Source: an uncultured Cryomorphaceae bacterium
GTDB taxonomy: Bacteria; Bacteroidota; Bacteroidia; Flavobacteriales_D; Crocinitomicaceae
DNA: 64,000 nucleotides
Assembly: GCA_913052055.1 (NCBI GenBank)
Contig: CAJXDT010000008.1
Span: forward strand, 539-64,538
Reading direction: 5' to 3'
This document shows, in pieces, positions 18,665 to 27,580 of this stretch (position 1 is its first letter; each line of letters starts with the position of its first letter). Under the pieces are notes generated by a model. The model did no database searches and was not told the origin of the DNA. It was given only the letters and a program-made list of their open reading frames with translations. Position numbers and translations under genes: made by a program.

Positions 18665-19726
18665 ATGGGAGTTCTGAAACGTATTATTTTAGGGAATTCA
18701 ATTCAAGATTGGGCCATTGCCTTAGGAATCATTATAGGGACATTTATAGCCACCAAGGTTGTCTATTGGTTTATCTCAAACATTATCAAAAAGCTTACGG
18801 CGAAAACTAAAACAAACCTTGATGATGTGTTAATTGAGAAGCTAGAAAAACCAATTAGATATTCAATTTTAATTTTTGGTTATTGGGTCGCCATTCATTA
18901 TCTAAACATTTCAAACTCTGGCTTATTATCTTTCCTTGAAGGTGTAGCATCAGTATCCCTAGTGCTCACACTAACATCAACAGCCGCAAAAGTATTTGAT
19001 GCACTGGTAACAGAAGTTGTTTTACCACTTATTGAAAAAACAGAGGGAGGAGCGGATAACTATATCCTACCAGTATTGTCCAAGGCAGTGAAAGGTATCA
19101 TCTGGACTTTTGGTGTCATCATTGGCCTTGATAACATTGGCTTCGATATTACAGCGATGATTGCGGGTCTCGGTATTGGTGGATTGGCCTTAGCGCTAGC
19201 AGCACAAGACTCTGTAAAAAACATTTTTGCAGGAATAATGATTTTTGTAGATAAGCCGTTCAAGGTTAAAGAAAGGATTCAAATCCAAGGTTATGATGGA
19301 ACAGTTGAAGAAGTTGGTCTAAGAAGTACACGGATCCGAACCCTAGATGGAAGAATTGTTACCATTCCAAATAGTACCTTCACAGATAATAGCGTCGTTA
19401 ATGTAAGCTCTCAGCCTTCTCTAAAAATAGTTTTAAATCTTGGTCTAACATATGATACGGACGAAGATGGAATGCAAAAAGGAGTTGATATTCTTAGACA
19501 GATCGTAGCAGATCATTCAATGATTCTAGAAAGTGATTGCTCTGCTGGGTTCAAAGATTTCGGGGACTTTTCATTGGGTATCCTTTTTGTGTACTATGTA
19601 AAACCTGATGCACATTGGTTGGACTCTCAAAACACAATTTGTAAAGAAGTACTAAAACGCTTTAACGCTGCAGGTCTCGACTTTGCTTTTCCAACGCAAA
19701 CCTTACTGAACAAGACAATCGCATAG
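18665..19726 (+). CDS. mechanosensitive ion channel (MscS family)
   Basis: Several N-terminal TM helices, then 'GLALALAAQDSVKNIFAGIMIFVDKPFKVKERIQIQGYDGTVEEVGLRSTRIRTLDGRIVTIPNS', the MscS pore/beta-domain signature. Confidence 0.8.
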   Translation: MGVLKRIILGNSIQDWAIALGIIIGTFIATKVVYWFISNIIKKLTAKTKTNLDDVLIEKLEKPIRYSILIFGYWVAIHYLNISNSGLLSFLEGVASVSLVLTLTSTAAKVFDALVTEVVLPLIEKTEGGADNYILPVLSKAVKGIIWTFGVIIGLDNIGFDITAMIAGLGIGGLALALAAQDSVKNIFAGIMIFVDKPFKVKERIQIQGYDGTVEEVGLRSTRIRTLDGRIVTIPNSTFTDNSVVNVSSQPSLKIVLNLGLTYDTDEDGMQKGVDILRQIVADHSMILESDCSAGFKDFGDFSLGILFVYYVKPDAHWLDSQNTICKEVLKRFNAAGLDFAFPTQTLLNKTIA

Positions 19727-19838
19727 CTCTAAGGGCAAAAGAACTATCGCTGTTTTAACATCCGACTGTTGAAACTATACTCTATATCCCAAAAATTGAA
19801 GGGAACGAACACCTACATTGAAGTTCAAAACTTAGCTT

Positions 19839-20267
19839 ATGCAAATGCGCGCAGGATCTTTAGTGATCAATCAAAAAAAAGAATTATTGCTGATTTACCG
19901 AAAAGGAAAATGGGATTTTCCCAAGGGTAAAGTTGAAAAAAACGAAAAGAAAAAAACGGGTGCCTTGAGAGAGACTTCAGAGGAAACCGGCCTAGAACTC
20001 GAGAAGCTTTCTTTGCAGCAACCACTTAAAAAGACAGCGCACTTACTCAAGCAAAAGAAAATAAATACAAAGTGGTACCTGGTTAATTATAAAGGATCAA
20101 AGCAAAAGCTCAAGCCACAAAAAGAAGAAGGTATAGAAAAGTGCATTTGGGTCAGCCAAGAATCACTTGTCCATTATATCCCTTACCTGCGGTCCTATGC
20201 CCGAGAAGTTTTGGCCTACTACATTCAGTACGTACAAAATCCTCTCGGTATAAAATTCGTCGCTTAG
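19839..20267 (+). CDS. NUDIX hydrolase
   Basis: Nudix box '[23 protein letters not shown]' (Gx5Ex7REuxEExGu). Confidence 0.7.
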   Translation: MQMRAGSLVINQKKELLLIYRKGKWDFPKGKVEKNEKKKTGALRETSEETGLELEKLSLQQPLKKTAHLLKQKKINTKWYLVNYKGSKQKLKPQKEEGIEKCIWVSQESLVHYIPYLRSYAREVLAYYIQYVQNPLGIKFVA

Positions 20268-21655
20268 TGTCCTATCATTTTTGAAGGGTCGACAATGGCG
20301 TCGTAATCGGCTTCAGACACATGTCCTAAAGTAATCGCTGCCTCTTTGAGGGTCGTACCATTTTTATGGGCATACTTTGCAATTTCAGCCGCCTTATAGT
20401 AGCCAATCTTTGTATTCAAAGCCGTAACAAGCATCAAAGAATTTTCGAGGTGTTTTTTGACTACCGGCTCATTTGCCCTAATTCCTGCAACACAATTTTC
20501 AGTAAAAGATTGGCAGGCATCACCAATAAGTCTAGCAGATTCTAGGACGTTTTTAGCCATAACTGGTTTAAATACATTTAGCTCAAAATGACCATTAGAA
20601 CCGGCAACTGAAACGGCAACATCATTTCCAATAACCTGCGCACAAACCATTGTAAGCGCCTCGGGCTGGGTAGGATTAACTTTTCCCGGCATAATAGAAG
20701 ACCCAGGCTCATTGTCCGGTATAATCAGTTCGCCTATACCGCACCTTGGACCTGAGGAAAGCATTCGTATATCATTCCCTATTTTCATTAGAGATACTGC
20801 AGCTCTTTTGAGCGCTGATGAAAGCTCTACCATGGCATCGTGTGCAGCTAAAGCCTCAAACTTATTTGGGGCGGTGACAAAAGGAAGCCCTGTAAATGAA
20901 GCGATTTTATTTGCAACCAAAACATCATATCCTTTAGGTGTATTTAATCCTGTTCCTACTGCTGTTCCTCCCAAAGCGAGTTCTGAAATAGCAACCAAAG
21001 CATTATTGATCGCCCTTTCAGCATGGTCAAGCTGCGCAACATAACCACTGAATTCTTGTCCCAATGTAAGTGGCGTCGCATCCATAAAGTGGGTTCTTCC
21101 GGTTTTTACAATATCCTTAAACTCCTGAGCCTTACTATTTAGTGTTTCCCGAAGGTTTTTAATTCCCGGAAGAGTAATTTCCGTAACCTGCTTATAAGAA
21201 GCGATGTGCATAGCAGTGGGGAAAGTATCATTGGAAGATTGACTTTTGTTGACATCATCATTTGGATTAAGCACCTTTTCTGAATCTGTCAGTGCGCCTC
21301 CCTGAAGCACATGTCCCCTGTTGGCAATAACTTCATTACAATTCATATTAGATTGTGTCCCAGAACCCGTCTGCCAAACCACTAAAGGAAATTCTGAATC
21401 ATGCGCTCCTTTTATAATTTCGTCACAAACCTTTGATATGAGCTCTTTTTTTGCAGGATCTAAGACCCCTAGCTCCGCATTGGTATGGGCCGCTGCTTTT
21501 TTAAGAAAGGCAAACGCATGAACAATTTCTATGGGCATGGATGCTGAAGGACCAATTTTGAAATTATTGCGTGACCGCTCTGTTTGGGCACCCCAATAAC
21601 GGGTAGAGGGCACTTTAACCTCACCCATTGTGTCTTTTTCTATTCTATATTCCAT
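20264..21655 (-). CDS. fumC: class II fumarate hydratase
   Basis: '[13 protein letters not shown]' signature and 'GTQSNMN'. Full-length 463 aa, colinear with FumC. Confidence 0.95.
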   Translation of the reverse strand: MEYRIEKDTMGEVKVPSTRYWGAQTERSRNNFKIGPSASMPIEIVHAFAFLKKAAAHTNAELGVLDPAKKELISKVCDEIIKGAHDSEFPLVVWQTGSGTQSNMNCNEVIANRGHVLQGGALTDSEKVLNPNDDVNKSQSSNDTFPTAMHIASYKQVTEITLPGIKNLRETLNSKAQEFKDIVKTGRTHFMDATPLTLGQEFSGYVAQLDHAERAINNALVAISELALGGTAVGTGLNTPKGYDVLVANKIASFTGLPFVTAPNKFEALAAHDAMVELSSALKRAAVSLMKIGNDIRMLSSGPRCGIGELIIPDNEPGSSIMPGKVNPTQPEALTMVCAQVIGNDVAVSVAGSNGHFELNVFKPVMAKNVLESARLIGDACQSFTENCVAGIRANEPVVKKHLENSLMLVTALNTKIGYYKAAEIAKYAHKNGTTLKEAAITLGHVSEADYDAIVDPSKMIGH

Positions 21656-21721
21656 TTTATAATGAATTATTTATTTTAATTTTTTAATTTTGTCTTAAGC
21701 GTACAGCAAAAATAGCAGAAC

Positions 21722-21877
21722 ATGAGCACTTTCGGTATAGTTTTATTTCTTTTAATTGGAGGCATGGCCTTTTGGATGTTGTTATTTTTGATGGGATTCA
21801 TTCTTCCTTATTGGCTTACATTAGCTTTATTCGAGCAGTTGCGCCCCAAAAGAGTCCTTGACGAAGAAAAAAAATAG
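21722..21877 (+). CDS. possible 51-aa membrane peptide (below the ORF-track cutoff)
   Basis: The ORF runs from ATG 21722 to TAG 21875-21877 and encodes MSTFGIVLFLLIGGMAFWMLLFLMGFILPYWLTLALFEQLRPKRVLDEEKK. That gives two hydrophobic helices and a charged tail. It lies in the 359-bp gap between fumC and the TDO gene. Confidence 0.3.
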   Translation: MSTFGIVLFLLIGGMAFWMLLFLMGFILPYWLTLALFEQLRPKRVLDEEKK

Positions 21878-22014
21878 CCTCTTTTCATTCAATTCATTTT
21901 CTATCACTTCCCTTCCTCTGACGCCCTTCCTCATGTTGAGTCGTTAGGAGAAAAAAAGATAGTTCGCTCAAAAATAACTAACTTCGAGTAGACAACAATT
22001 TGAACAAATAATCT

Positions 22015-23037
22015 ATGGAAATCACCCCGGAAATAAAAGACCGTTTAGAACAGCTTAGAAATAAATATGCGGCTATTGGGCAGGATCTGGTTTCATATCT
22101 AGATGGTTTGATTTATGCAAACCCTATTACCTATTGGGATTACATTGAGGTAGATGCACTTTTGAGTTTACAGAAACCTAAAACGGATTTTCCTGATGAA
22201 AAAATATTTATTGTTTACCACCAAATTACAGAGCTATATTTCAGCTTAATTCTTCATGAATTAGACCAAGTGTGTCATAATGGTAAGGTTATCTCAGAGG
22301 CAGGTCAGGACCTCGGCTGGAATGACACTTTAGACTGTCGCTTTTTTATTGATCGCTTAAAAAGAATCAATATGTATTTCGAAACCTTAACACAGTCTTT
22401 TGAGATCATGCGTTTCGGAATGGAGAAAGACCAGTTTACTAAATTTAGAATGTCCCTCTTATCTTCAAGCGGGTTTCAAACAGCGGCTTATCGACGTATC
22501 GAAATTGCGTGTACCGACTTGAAGCATTTGGTGATGGACAAGCAAAGGGCACAGCTCAAAGATGCTGACATCCACGAACAACTGGATAATATTTATTGGC
22601 GAAGAGGAGCTATTGTTGAAGAAACTGGGGAAAAAGCATTAACACTGAGAGATTTTGAGAAAAAATACCTCCAAGAATTTCATGATTTCGCAGATAAGTT
22701 CCAACCCATTAATCTATGGGTAAAATACAAAGCCTTATCGGCTGAAGACCAAAAAAACGAGCTACTAATCGCGGAGCTCCGAGCGCTAGACATTAATGTA
22801 AATGTAAATTGGCCATTGGTCCATTTCCGAACAGCTGTGCATTACTTATCAAAAGGAACAGGTGATGAAAAAGGAACAGGCGGAACAAACTGGCAGAAAT
22901 ACCTGCCTCCACGTTTTCAAAGAAGAATTTTCTATCCTGAACTTTGGAGTCAACAAGAAAAAGATGATTGGGGTAAAAAATGGGTTGAGGAAGTGCTATC
23001 AAACTCTATAAAGACAGGTTCGGCATTCAAAAAATAA
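22015..23037 (+). CDS. kynA: tryptophan 2,3-dioxygenase family protein
   Basis: 'YWDYIEVDALLSLQKP' and 'VYHQITELYFSLILHEL' match the conserved TDO helices ('Y..YL.LD.LL..Q' and 'HQ..ELWF'). Confidence 0.75.
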   Translation: MEITPEIKDRLEQLRNKYAAIGQDLVSYLDGLIYANPITYWDYIEVDALLSLQKPKTDFPDEKIFIVYHQITELYFSLILHELDQVCHNGKVISEAGQDLGWNDTLDCRFFIDRLKRINMYFETLTQSFEIMRFGMEKDQFTKFRMSLLSSSGFQTAAYRRIEIACTDLKHLVMDKQRAQLKDADIHEQLDNIYWRRGAIVEETGEKALTLRDFEKKYLQEFHDFADKFQPINLWVKYKALSAEDQKNELLIAELRALDINVNVNWPLVHFRTAVHYLSKGTGDEKGTGGTNWQKYLPPRFQRRIFYPELWSQQEKDDWGKKWVEEVLSNSIKTGSAFKK

Positions 23038-23043
23038 CAGGGG

Positions 23044-24732
23044 CTAAATTATAGGCTTAACGTATGCCTTTGACAAGTCCAGAATCCCGAATGAATTCAC
23101 CCGCGCACCTCTCAACCTCAGGTTAAAAACAACTACAAGGTCTTCAAAATACAAGGGTATAATAGGCGCTTTTTGATTTAGTATTTCTACGCACGAATTA
23201 AAATATTCATTCCGCTTCGATGGCTCCATCTCCGCCCTAGCGACATCCATAGTATTGTCAAAGTCTATACTCATAAAATGACCATTCTGCATACTCGCTT
23301 TACCTTTGTTTTTAGAGTAGTAGGGCATCAGAAAGGATTCCGCATCGGGATAATCTGAGATAAATCCAGCCAACCACATTGATGCATCCCCAGATTGTAT
23401 AGCCGCCATTTTTTCATTGAATGAAACACGTTTCATTTTTAAATTAACCTTTAATGTTTTATTTAATTTTTCAACTAAACTCAAACACCAATCATCCTGA
23501 GGTGAGCCTTCTTTTGTGCTCACATGGAACAAAATAGTGTCCCCTTTTTTATAATTACTTTTCTTTAGATAGCTTTTCGCCAATTTGATATTATACGGGT
23601 TTTTAACGCTCCTCGTATATTTAAAAAAGGGAACTGACGGAAGGATGCCTAATTCGGCTGGAGAACCTTCACCAAAAAGAAACTCACGACAAATTTCTTG
23701 ACGATCAACAGCATGGTAAATTGCCTTTCTCAAATTTGAATCTTTAAATGGTGAAGATTTACAATCAAACTCCAAAAAATTAATCTTTAACCCTTTTTTA
23801 TGCTGCACTTTATGCAAAATATTCTTCCCTTCTTGGGCATCCGTTAATGTACCGAACAATGAATTGATTTCATTGACAGGAATAGAAGAAAGCAAGTCTG
23901 TTTTTTGAGAGGTAAATGAATCAAAAATATCCTCTCCTTCCTTTTTAAACTTGATTGTTAAAGTGTCTAAAAACGGAAGCTTGTTTCCGTAGTTATCATT
24001 CCTCCAATAATTTGGATTTCTTTCAAAACGAATTCCTTTATCCGATTTTTGCTTAAAGATAAATGGACCTGTGCCAATTGGGTGCTTAGCAATATCATTC
24101 CCATAAGCAATGAACGCCTTTTTAGATATCACAGAAAGGCTCTGATGGGTTAATATTTTGAGAATGGTCTGGGTAGAGTCAATTAAACGCAGCCTGATCA
24201 TCGAATCAGAAAGCACCTCAATACCCTTTACTCCTCTATTAAAATTAATGGTCGTATCATTTAAAAATTCTTCTGCACCTATTATTTTAGGCGTAAGTAA
24301 TTGACCTTGCTCGTTTAAGACATGACGTGAACAAGCAAAATCCAAGGTGAACTTTACATCACTTGCCACCAACCTTCTATTCTGATCAAGAAAGCAAGGG
24401 TCCTCATGAAAATAAACACCCTGCCTGATTTTTAAATCGAGGTAAGCGTTATCGGCTGAAAATGAATAAGCTTCTATTAAGTTCGATACAAGGCTCTGGT
24501 TATCTTCATCATAAGAAAGTAGGGTTTCATAAACAGGCGCCACAGCTCTTTGGTCATACATGGAAACGACTGACATTGGAAAGATAAGATCTGATTTTTC
24601 AGAGGCATGGTAAGCTACACTTCCACCATAAATTGGACCGCCTTTAGCAATCAATTGAATTTCAGACTCAGAAGATGAGCACGCTAATAGCAAGAAAAAA
24701 CATACTGTAAAGCTGAAATAAAGTTTTGACAT
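23044..24732 (-). CDS. family-5 (peptide/nickel-type) ABC solute-binding lipoprotein, orphan
   Basis: Lipoprotein signal 'FFLLLACSSSE'. SBP_bac_5-like 'GTGPFIFKQ' and 'FERNPNYWRN'. The ATG at 24732-24730 overlaps the upstream stop (TGATG); the ORF-track start at 24735 is a TTG. Confidence 0.8.
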   Translation of the reverse strand: MSKLYFSFTVCFFLLLACSSSESEIQLIAKGGPIYGGSVAYHASEKSDLIFPMSVVSMYDQRAVAPVYETLLSYDEDNQSLVSNLIEAYSFSADNAYLDLKIRQGVYFHEDPCFLDQNRRLVASDVKFTLDFACSRHVLNEQGQLLTPKIIGAEEFLNDTTINFNRGVKGIEVLSDSMIRLRLIDSTQTILKILTHQSLSVISKKAFIAYGNDIAKHPIGTGPFIFKQKSDKGIRFERNPNYWRNDNYGNKLPFLDTLTIKFKKEGEDIFDSFTSQKTDLLSSIPVNEINSLFGTLTDAQEGKNILHKVQHKKGLKINFLEFDCKSSPFKDSNLRKAIYHAVDRQEICREFLFGEGSPAELGILPSVPFFKYTRSVKNPYNIKLAKSYLKKSNYKKGDTILFHVSTKEGSPQDDWCLSLVEKLNKTLKVNLKMKRVSFNEKMAAIQSGDASMWLAGFISDYPDAESFLMPYYSKNKGKASMQNGHFMSIDFDNTMDVARAEMEPSKRNEYFNSCVEILNQKAPIIPLYFEDLVVVFNLRLRGARVNSFGILDLSKAYVKPII

Positions 24733-27563
24733 CAATTCGAAATTCTAACAATAGGAACCTGCTGAATCCCATGTTTATTTCTTAAACTTAAATAATATAA
24801 GCCATTTACAAGTGAAGAAAGATCGATAAAGTCACTTTCCTGCTGTATCATAATCAATTTTCCCTCTTGGCTGTAAACTTCTATTTTCTCACAAGAGTGA
24901 CTTAAATAAACAGCTCCAGTCGTTGGGTTCGGATATGCTTCAAAAGGCAAATGATTGAGGCCTTCAAGACCGGCTAGACCGACAAAAACAGAATCTTCAA
25001 AAGTGCATCCAATGGAGTCCGTAATCAATACACTATACCAGGCTGAATTTAAATATACTGCACTAGGGTCAACATGCAATGAGCTCCAGCTATACGTATA
25101 AGGAGGTAACCCTCCGCTAGGGCTTACTGTAGCTATTCCATCCATGGTCTCTAATCCAGAGGCAGGGACTGTCTCAAAAGAGGCAGAAAGAGGGTCTAGT
25201 TCGATAATTTCAAGTGTTACACCAGCCTGACAAGAATTAGCATCTACAGCGTCAATGGTATAGCTTCCTGCCGATAAATTAGTAAGTAGAGTATCATCCA
25301 CAGAAGTTAGATTTACCTGATAGCTATATGGTAAGGTGCCACCAAAAGCACTAAAAGAAATCATTCCATCTGATGATTCTGCACACAAAAATTCAGAAAA
25401 TTCACTTTCTATAACGAGTAAGTCTGGCTCATTAATCTCAATATCAAGCGTATCCATACAACCCCTTGCATCTTGAACCCAAACATTATATGTCCCAGCT
25501 GAAAGAGCGTCAACAAAATTTAGTGTATCACCATTAAACCATAAAAAATTATAGGGTGCATGCATGGAGTCCATCAATAAAGTAACTTGACCATTTTCTT
25601 CTTGAAAACAAGTCACATTTTGAATGAGCAAAGAATCTATGACTGCGTTCGGCTCAGAAATCAAAACGGAGTCTTCAACGATACAGCCATCTGGATGGGT
25701 AATAACGACAGAATTCCAGCCTGAAACCAGTGAGTCATTTGGTTTTGTCGTAATGCCATTCTCCCACAGGAAAGTACAAGTGCTAAACATACACGGGCAA
25801 CCTGAAGAAGACATAGTTGCGCTTCCGTCAGACCCTCCGATACAAGTTGGTGATGAAATTGCACCATATGTGATTTCATAAGGATCAATAAGATTATATA
25901 TCAAGTCTTCATAACAACCTGAAGCATCTGTTACACGCACACCATAGGAACCAGCATCAAGACCTGATATCGAAGCGTCATAGATGCCATTCGTCCAATG
26001 ATAAACATATGGAGAAACAACACCTGTTACATTTATAGTGACTGAACCATCTGAAGAACCATTACACGATGGATTGATGATGTTTGCCGAAGCTACCACA
26101 GCATTATCCCCACAAAATTGAGCCGTGTTGGAATATAAACCACTGTAATTACTTCCAAGGTAAGAGCCCCAAGCAATTCCTGAATTGGGAATAGGAGTTC
26201 CAAGGTCGATTCTACTCACCACAATTCCATTCCATGCCACAGGATTGAGACTATCGCTACGAGAAGCATAGATTAAATCCACATTGCCATTTTGATCAAG
26301 ATCAGTAAATAATGGAGTCGACCCTAAATTAACACCGCCACCTAGAGGCGTGAGATCGGAAGCTGTGTTCGTGGTAAAGTCAATTTTTTCAAGTCTATGT
26401 TCAAAATAACCATTGGTGACATAAGTGAGCGAGGTAACAGCCTCATCCCTCCCGTCATTGTTTAAATCTATCGCATTCCCTGAGGCATAATTCAATTGAC
26501 CAAGACTGTCGATAAATTTTAAATCTCCATTCGAACCGTCTAGCATGATCTGATAAAAGTCACTGAAAGAGGGAGCAATTCCCTTGAATAAGGTCAAGAA
26601 AACATCAGGCGTATGGTCTGAAGTGAAATTTCCAATTACGGGAGCAGCACTAGATTCTGTATCGGGATGCTGGAAGGACCATTGCTCAGAGAAATCAGAT
26701 CCAGAAAACTTTTGGAGCTTTCCACCATAAGACAAGACATAAATATCATATGTATTGGTGGCTTCATTGAGTACTAACGAGGGCGGTGCAATATACCCTT
26801 TCAAAGAGTCAGCGGCTAAAATCACTGAACCATTCATGTTGTTATCCAAAATACTTGTTAATGGACAAGCATAAAAGTGACCTCCTAGATTTTCTCCTCC
26901 TGTTCCGAATAATACCCACTGTGAGCCGTTATTTTGAAGGTCACAAACAATTGGAGAACAATACGTTTCTGCACTATCTGGAACAATAGCTTGGGCCAAA
27001 ATTTCTCCGTCTGTTGACGACAAAACAAGAACATGTCCAGGCGGCCGATCAGTCTCCCATTCTGGAGCCGAATAATCTCCACCATTTGTTACAATGAGAT
27101 CTTGAAATGAATCTGCGTTAACATCATTAATAAACTGGGGGTTATAAAAGTTATACCATCCACTATCCGCAGGATTTGTTCCGTAAGGAAAAAAATCCCA
27201 AAGTAAAGAACCTGACACTCCGTCAAAGGCTAAAAATTGCGCTTCTCGACCTGTGATAAAAACATCCTCAGTTCCATCTCCATTAGCGTCATAAAAAATT
27301 GGAGATCCGTAAAGCTCACTTCTTGAGGGCGCTTTCCACAACAAAGAACCATTCATTCCATCAAAAGCCATTACGCCAGCATTGCTGATTTCACCTTCGG
27401 TTCCACCACCAATAACAATATCAAGGACACCATCATTATTCAAGTCAGACGGCCTAGGGGACGATAATGTAGGAATGGAATCGACAAATGTTTCCCAAGT
27501 TAAGTCCTGGCAAGAGATATAATGAGTGCTTAATAAGAAGACTATCGAAATGAGATTTTTCAT
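24732..27563 (-). CDS. T9SS-secreted surface protein: FG-GAP/VCBS beta-propeller + SprB-type repeats + type-A sorting domain
   Basis: Signal peptide. Six 'D.N.DG..D' blades (DLNNDGVLD, DANGDGTED, DLNNDGRDE, DLDQNGNVD...). About five Cys-initiated repeats ('CNGSSDGSVTINVTG..PYVYHWTNG'). C-terminus 'YPNPTTGAVYL...GLYYLSLRN'. Confidence 0.8.
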   Translation of the reverse strand: MKNLISIVFLLSTHYISCQDLTWETFVDSIPTLSSPRPSDLNNDGVLDIVIGGGTEGEISNAGVMAFDGMNGSLLWKAPSRSELYGSPIFYDANGDGTEDVFITGREAQFLAFDGVSGSLLWDFFPYGTNPADSGWYNFYNPQFINDVNADSFQDLIVTNGGDYSAPEWETDRPPGHVLVLSSTDGEILAQAIVPDSAETYCSPIVCDLQNNGSQWVLFGTGGENLGGHFYACPLTSILDNNMNGSVILAADSLKGYIAPPSLVLNEATNTYDIYVLSYGGKLQKFSGSDFSEQWSFQHPDTESSAAPVIGNFTSDHTPDVFLTLFKGIAPSFSDFYQIMLDGSNGDLKFIDSLGQLNYASGNAIDLNNDGRDEAVTSLTYVTNGYFEHRLEKIDFTTNTASDLTPLGGGVNLGSTPLFTDLDQNGNVDLIYASRSDSLNPVAWNGIVVSRIDLGTPIPNSGIAWGSYLGSNYSGLYSNTAQFCGDNAVVASANIINPSCNGSSDGSVTINVTGVVSPYVYHWTNGIYDASISGLDAGSYGVRVTDASGCYEDLIYNLIDPYEITYGAISSPTCIGGSDGSATMSSSGCPCMFSTCTFLWENGITTKPNDSLVSGWNSVVITHPDGCIVEDSVLISEPNAVIDSLLIQNVTCFQEENGQVTLLMDSMHAPYNFLWFNGDTLNFVDALSAGTYNVWVQDARGCMDTLDIEINEPDLLVIESEFSEFLCAESSDGMISFSAFGGTLPYSYQVNLTSVDDTLLTNLSAGSYTIDAVDANSCQAGVTLEIIELDPLSASFETVPASGLETMDGIATVSPSGGLPPYTYSWSSLHVDPSAVYLNSAWYSVLITDSIGCTFEDSVFVGLAGLEGLNHLPFEAYPNPTTGAVYLSHSCEKIEVYSQEGKLIMIQQESDFIDLSSLVNGLYYLSLRNKHGIQQVPIVRISN

Positions 27564-27580
27564 AGCTTCAAAAAGGTTTT

